DNA of 64,000 nt from Azolla caroliniana (Eukaryota > Plantae > Polypodiophyta). The DNA is taken from NCBI GenBank assembly GCA_043228905.1, contig JBHGNT010000001.1:19158001-19222000 (forward strand), given 5' to 3'. Under the pieces are notes generated by a model. That model was not told the origin of the DNA. It did no database searches and saw nothing but the letters and a program-made list of their open reading frames with translations. The position numbers and the translations under genes are program-made. Position 1 is the stretch's first letter; every line of letters begins with the position of its first letter. Positions 61,201 to 64,000 of this stretch are shown piece by piece.

Positions 61201-62681
61201 CAGGGGACGGCGTACAGGATGAATTTCCCGACGCCGAGCTGTTTAAGGTCACGACGGCACCGGCAACGGAGACCACAGTAGCGGACGAAGACAAATGGTT
61301 AACCGAAATGCATCAGTTCCTGAGCACCGGAGTTCCCCCGGAAAACTTGGACCGAGACGAACGGAAGAGGATGGCAGTACGGAGCAGACATTTCTGCTTG
61401 GTAGGAGACACCCTCTATCACAAGGGGGCAGATGGCGTATGGAGACGAGCAGTGCGGAGCGATGAAAAGGATCTGATCCTGAGGGAAGCCCACTGTGGAA
61501 TTGCAGGCGGGCATTATGCCGGCGAAACAACAGCCCGGAAGATATGGCAGAGCGGACTATGGTGGCCTACTACCATGAGAGATGCCGTTAAGTATAGCAG
61601 GGAATGCGACCTCTGTCAACGACTGGGCCAACCCACGGAGCAGGCCCGGATGCCACATCACCCGGTCTTGCCATTAGAACCATTCCAAAAGTGGGGCTTG
61701 GACTTTGTCGGCCCCTTTAAGCCACCGGCAATGCGGACCGGAAATCGGTATATAATAGTGGCTACCGACTACTGCACCAAATGGGTAGAAGCAAAGGCAC
61801 TACGGGACAACACGGCGGCATCCACGGCCAAATTTTTATATGAATGCATATGGTGTCGGTACGGATGCCCGATTGAGCTGATCAGTGACCAGGGAGGACA
61901 TTTCCTCGGACAGGTGGTGGAAAGTTTGACGTCATTCTATGCGGTAGTACACAAACGAAGCACTCCCTACTACCCTCAAGCCAACGGATTAGCGGAATCA
62001 ACAAACAAAACGCTACAGAACATCCTTAGAAAAATCGTCAATGAGAACCGGACCGACTGGGACACGAAGTTGCAGAGCGTGCTGTGGGCGTACCGAACGG
62101 CGTACAAGACTAGCATCCGGACGACCCCGTTCCGACTGGCATTCGGCTTGGAAGCAGTCATGCCAGTAGAATTCCAAATTCCTAGCTTAAGAATACAGGT
62201 TAAGGAGCGGTTAAGCGAGAAGGAATCCGAACGAATCCGGCTGAAGATGCTGTTAGAACTGGAAGAAAATCGAATAGCCAGCCTACTACAGCTAGAACTA
62301 GAGCAAAGGAGGAGGAAAGCCTTTGTAGACCGACATCGGCGCGGTAACGAAAAGGAATTCGAAGTCGGGAAACCAGTATTGCTGTTCCAGACACGGATGG
62401 GGAACATGCCGGGGAAATTGCGATTTCGGTGGACCGGACCATTCTGGATCACAAAGGAGTACAATGGGTCTTACCAGCTCGGGACGTTGTCAGGAGAAGT
62501 TGTGGGTAAATGGGCAAATGGGTTTCGCCTAAAACCGTATAAAGGGCACATGCCAGCTAACCCCTTCAAGCAAAACCCGGAAAACCCGAATTGCGAGGAA
62601 CCGACACCGACGCGTAACAACGACGAGGAACTGACAACAGTGCACACCGACCCGAACATATCGGGGGGAACCGAACAATGA
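58275..62681 (+). CDS. Partial gag (nucleocapsid) plus complete pol: PR-RT-RH-IN with GPF module
   Basis: Open 1468-codon frame; CYYCRKEGHYSNQC, IDGGSG, FLDD, RWTGPF; the listed start is a non-ATG codon inside the LTR. Confidence 0.93.
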   Translation: MEKCRIDTCVAASPATRDRYDREENRRDSYPRDRYDREENRRDSHPRDRYDRDESPEYERRREERRPGNRNFQRNQRRGFFRREERREATKNDKPVAAPENRKTEDNRRGMPLPQTWEKGESSNTHRVYCYYCRKEGHYSNQCPSKTADKQPAVNMVTADVQQVITRSKGKAAEWEAQEAIRKQAAQWIKEANEQGAAEVRNQNMPREEEIVQPGENPTWQALQDCQIVLPLARLLQLVPRFTADLQAAVSKPTPTPAPAFFSNPEEGPAVVDTSSPAITTIVKGKEIPGTIIDGGSGVNVISRQTCDDLGIQEWEPCPFWLRMADTSSVRPTGLIRDLEVTIGGHVFRISAVVLELNVQGAYPLLLGRPWLRTAHIKQNWQKNMITFRRGKTKVRVATQPRVLTSKEATPLYAESINMLEGLPDEEIDRYLEEHPQIVPLFEVDITAAVEPYITMPDEPDKVAIRELRQAQEALEREMTISQRVKASQLEEVDLGTTEQPRPVKVAKELPKEEKQAMVALLTDFKDVFAWSYEDMRGLDPQLYQHQIHLSTDAKPIAQRRYRMNPNYAAKVKEEIDKLLRVGFIRPVKQATWLSPIVVVPKKNGKIRVCVDYRKLNAATVTDAFPLPFTDGVLDAVAGHEVYSFLDGFSGYNQIRMNPADQEKTAFVTEWGVFVAVVMMFGLKTAPATFQRIIMEIFGDFIPGFMQVFLDDFAVYSRHGEHFDHLRLCLEKCREYRLSLNPAKCVFGVASGNLLGHVVSREGIAVDPDKVKAILDAPAPNSAKALSRFLGQIRWHSRMVRHLADFATPLHAAVHRVPFQWTEMEEAAYQALKVMLSQAPVVQPPDWSKSFHVFVDASDVAIGSVLMQLTEPKWYRPVYYASRKLSKAERNYSTTEREALGMVYSVTKYRHYLLGRKFSFHVDHSALLYLVSKAALTGKLARWTLLLQEFEFDIFHRPGVQHAVADYLSRLESGESGDGVQDEFPDAELFKVTTAPATETTVADEDKWLTEMHQFLSTGVPPENLDRDERKRMAVRSRHFCLVGDTLYHKGADGVWRRAVRSDEKDLILREAHCGIAGGHYAGETTARKIWQSGLWWPTTMRDAVKYSRECDLCQRLGQPTEQARMPHHPVLPLEPFQKWGLDFVGPFKPPAMRTGNRYIIVATDYCTKWVEAKALRDNTAASTAKFLYECIWCRYGCPIELISDQGGHFLGQVVESLTSFYAVVHKRSTPYYPQANGLAESTNKTLQNILRKIVNENRTDWDTKLQSVLWAYRTAYKTSIRTTPFRLAFGLEAVMPVEFQIPSLRIQVKERLSEKESERIRLKMLLELEENRIASLLQLELEQRRRKAFVDRHRRGNEKEFEVGKPVLLFQTRMGNMPGKLRFRWTGPFWITKEYNGSYQLGTLSGEVVGKWANGFRLKPYKGHMPANPFKQNPENPNCEEPTPTRNNDEELTTVHTDPNISGGTEQ

Positions 62682-62696
62682 TGAGGCACAGATTTT

Positions 62697-62708
62697 AAAA
62701 AATAAAAA

Positions 62709-62744
<36 letters not shown>
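62697..62744 (+). repeat. Internal poly(A) tract
   Basis: 48-nt A run with two T interruptions, 15 nt after the pol stop. Confidence 0.9.
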
Positions 62745-62746
<2 letters not shown>

Positions 62747-63116
62747 ATGACGTGGTGCTACGGTTAGAAATCAATGTAATGAAGGAAGTAGTTACAACCG
62801 TCACACGGGTGCACGAGCTATTTAAAGCGCAGAACGTGGGAGGCCGGTGTACAAGATTTAACACGCGCGGCAATCAAGGAGTCATAATGACAGACACATA
62901 GGAGATTCGACACGCGCCAAAGAAGCGCAGGCATGACACGCGGCAGCAAAGGACAGACATGCTATTCATGACAGAGCATGCGCAGGCGCCATAAATAGGA
63001 CATACTATTCGAGGCAGAGGACGTGCAGACGCCGAAATTAAAAAGTAAGATGCTAATTATGGCAGAAGATACGCACGCGCGAAAAACAGGAAAAGGCGGC
63101 TCGAGGGAAACGCCAC

Positions 63117-63124
63117 TATATAAA
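63117..63124 (+). promoter_or_regulatory. Internal TATA box for the extra ORF
   Basis: TATATAAA about 140 nt upstream of ATG 63260; an equivalent motif lies upstream of the element B homolog. Confidence 0.6.
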
Positions 63125-63259
63125 GGAAGAACCGGGGAAGGGTTCACTTTTTACGAATTTTCCCACAAGCAAACGCAGGCTCATAACAGCAAGATCCGAC
63201 GCGCAGAACACCTACACCCCGACCTCAGACCACAGGCAGCAGCAAACGAAGAAGAAGCG

Positions 63260-64000
63260 ATGGCACTGTCGGACGGAGCGCGACAATGGCTGACGGAGAA
63301 CGGATTAGGAGGGCTGCTGCGGGTCGCTGATGCTCCACCACACAAGGAACCAGAGCAGGCGGCAACAGCGGTAGACTTAGCAGAGGTCACTGAAGGAGCG
63401 GTACAAGCGCTCACAGGGATTTCGGAGGGAGGACTTCAGACGATAGAGCTACCCTCGAGCCAAATATTCTTCGAGTATTTCGGCGAATACTCCCTTAGCA
63501 GCAAGGCGTATCGCACACAGGGCGGAGAGAACCTGCTGTTCGGAGAGGTGGCCCGCGCCCTGATGGAGTATGGGTTCGTGAACCCTCGTCCGGCAGCCAT
63601 AGCCAAATACCGAGCAGCGATCGTCGCCGCGACATTCGAAGGCCTGCAGGTGGACTGGCTCCACTTCATCACCGAAGGACTGCAAGAGGCGATCAAGCAC
63701 TTGGTGGAAGGGAAGAAGCCATGGTCCGGAATATCCCAATGGTTAACAGTGTTGGTCCCACCGGTGTCCCCCATCAAGCACAAGCAAAGAAGTCGGCAGG
63801 AGACTACCCCGAAGCAAACCATGAAACGCCGACGAATCTTAGAAAAACACACTCCAGGATGGACACAGGAAGAAGAAGCGCCGCCAGAAGAGGGATCATC
63901 CCGACAGCCGCGGAAAGAAGGCTCATCTCGACAACCGAGGGAAGAAGACTCCTCCCGACAGCAACGGGAGGAAGGCTCATCACGACAGCCACAGAAACAG
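63260..64000 (+). CDS. Extra ORF of Gypsy E (open to the window end; absent from the ORF track)
   Basis: Translates MALSDGARQWLTENGLGGLL...PPHKE...ALTGISEGG...YFGEYSLSSKAYRTQG...VDW...QWLTVLVPP, homologous to the A and B extra ORFs. Confidence 0.88.
   Translation, partial: MALSDGARQWLTENGLGGLLRVADAPPHKEPEQAATAVDLAEVTEGAVQALTGISEGGLQTIELPSSQIFFEYFGEYSLSSKAYRTQGGENLLFGEVARALMEYGFVNPRPAAIAKYRAAIVAATFEGLQVDWLHFITEGLQEAIKHLVEGKKPWSGISQWLTVLVPPVSPIKHKQRSRQETTPKQTMKRRRILEKHTPGWTQEEEAPPEEGSSRQPRKEGSSRQPREEDSSRQQREEGSSRQPQKQ

Larger units (their letters stand above)
57960..64000 (+). mobile_element. Gypsy element E (A lineage), 5'-deleted, running off the window
   Basis: LTR-like 57960-~58318 (CCTATAAAAAGG; 3' part resembles the A LTR) fused directly to the mid-gag RD repeats; intact pol; extra ORF. 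Confidence 0.9.

Noticed and set aside
1-64000. Host housekeeping genes, rRNA or intact tRNA genes
   Set aside because: None recognised; tRNA-like sequences are limited to primer-site or B-box fragments.

Overview
Gene-free, densely nested plant transposon region; element types suggest a non-seed land plant (inference). It contains LINE debris, four Ty3/Gypsy elements, two young Tnt1-like Copia elements, an older split Copia, solo/partial LTRs and a MITE-like insert. The main find is a ~7.5 kb cut-and-paste DNA transposon (33288-46173, plus a nested 5.3 kb Copia) with 37-bp TIRs and a CGAT target duplication. It encodes a Sola-like DDD transposase with a BAH-like tail. Divergently, it carries a six-exon spliceosomal gene fusing a ParB/Srx-like domain to a prokaryote-type beta-class N6A/N4C DNA methyltransferase (DIPY ... 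NPYQKP ... DLFSGTG). Other highlights: a Gypsy element with an antisense tRNA-Arg-like primer site where the polypurine tract should be; a conserved extra 3' ORF in three diverged Gypsy elements; and a ~19 kb inversion reconstructable from split elements and TSDs. All calls are by eye; no database searches were run.
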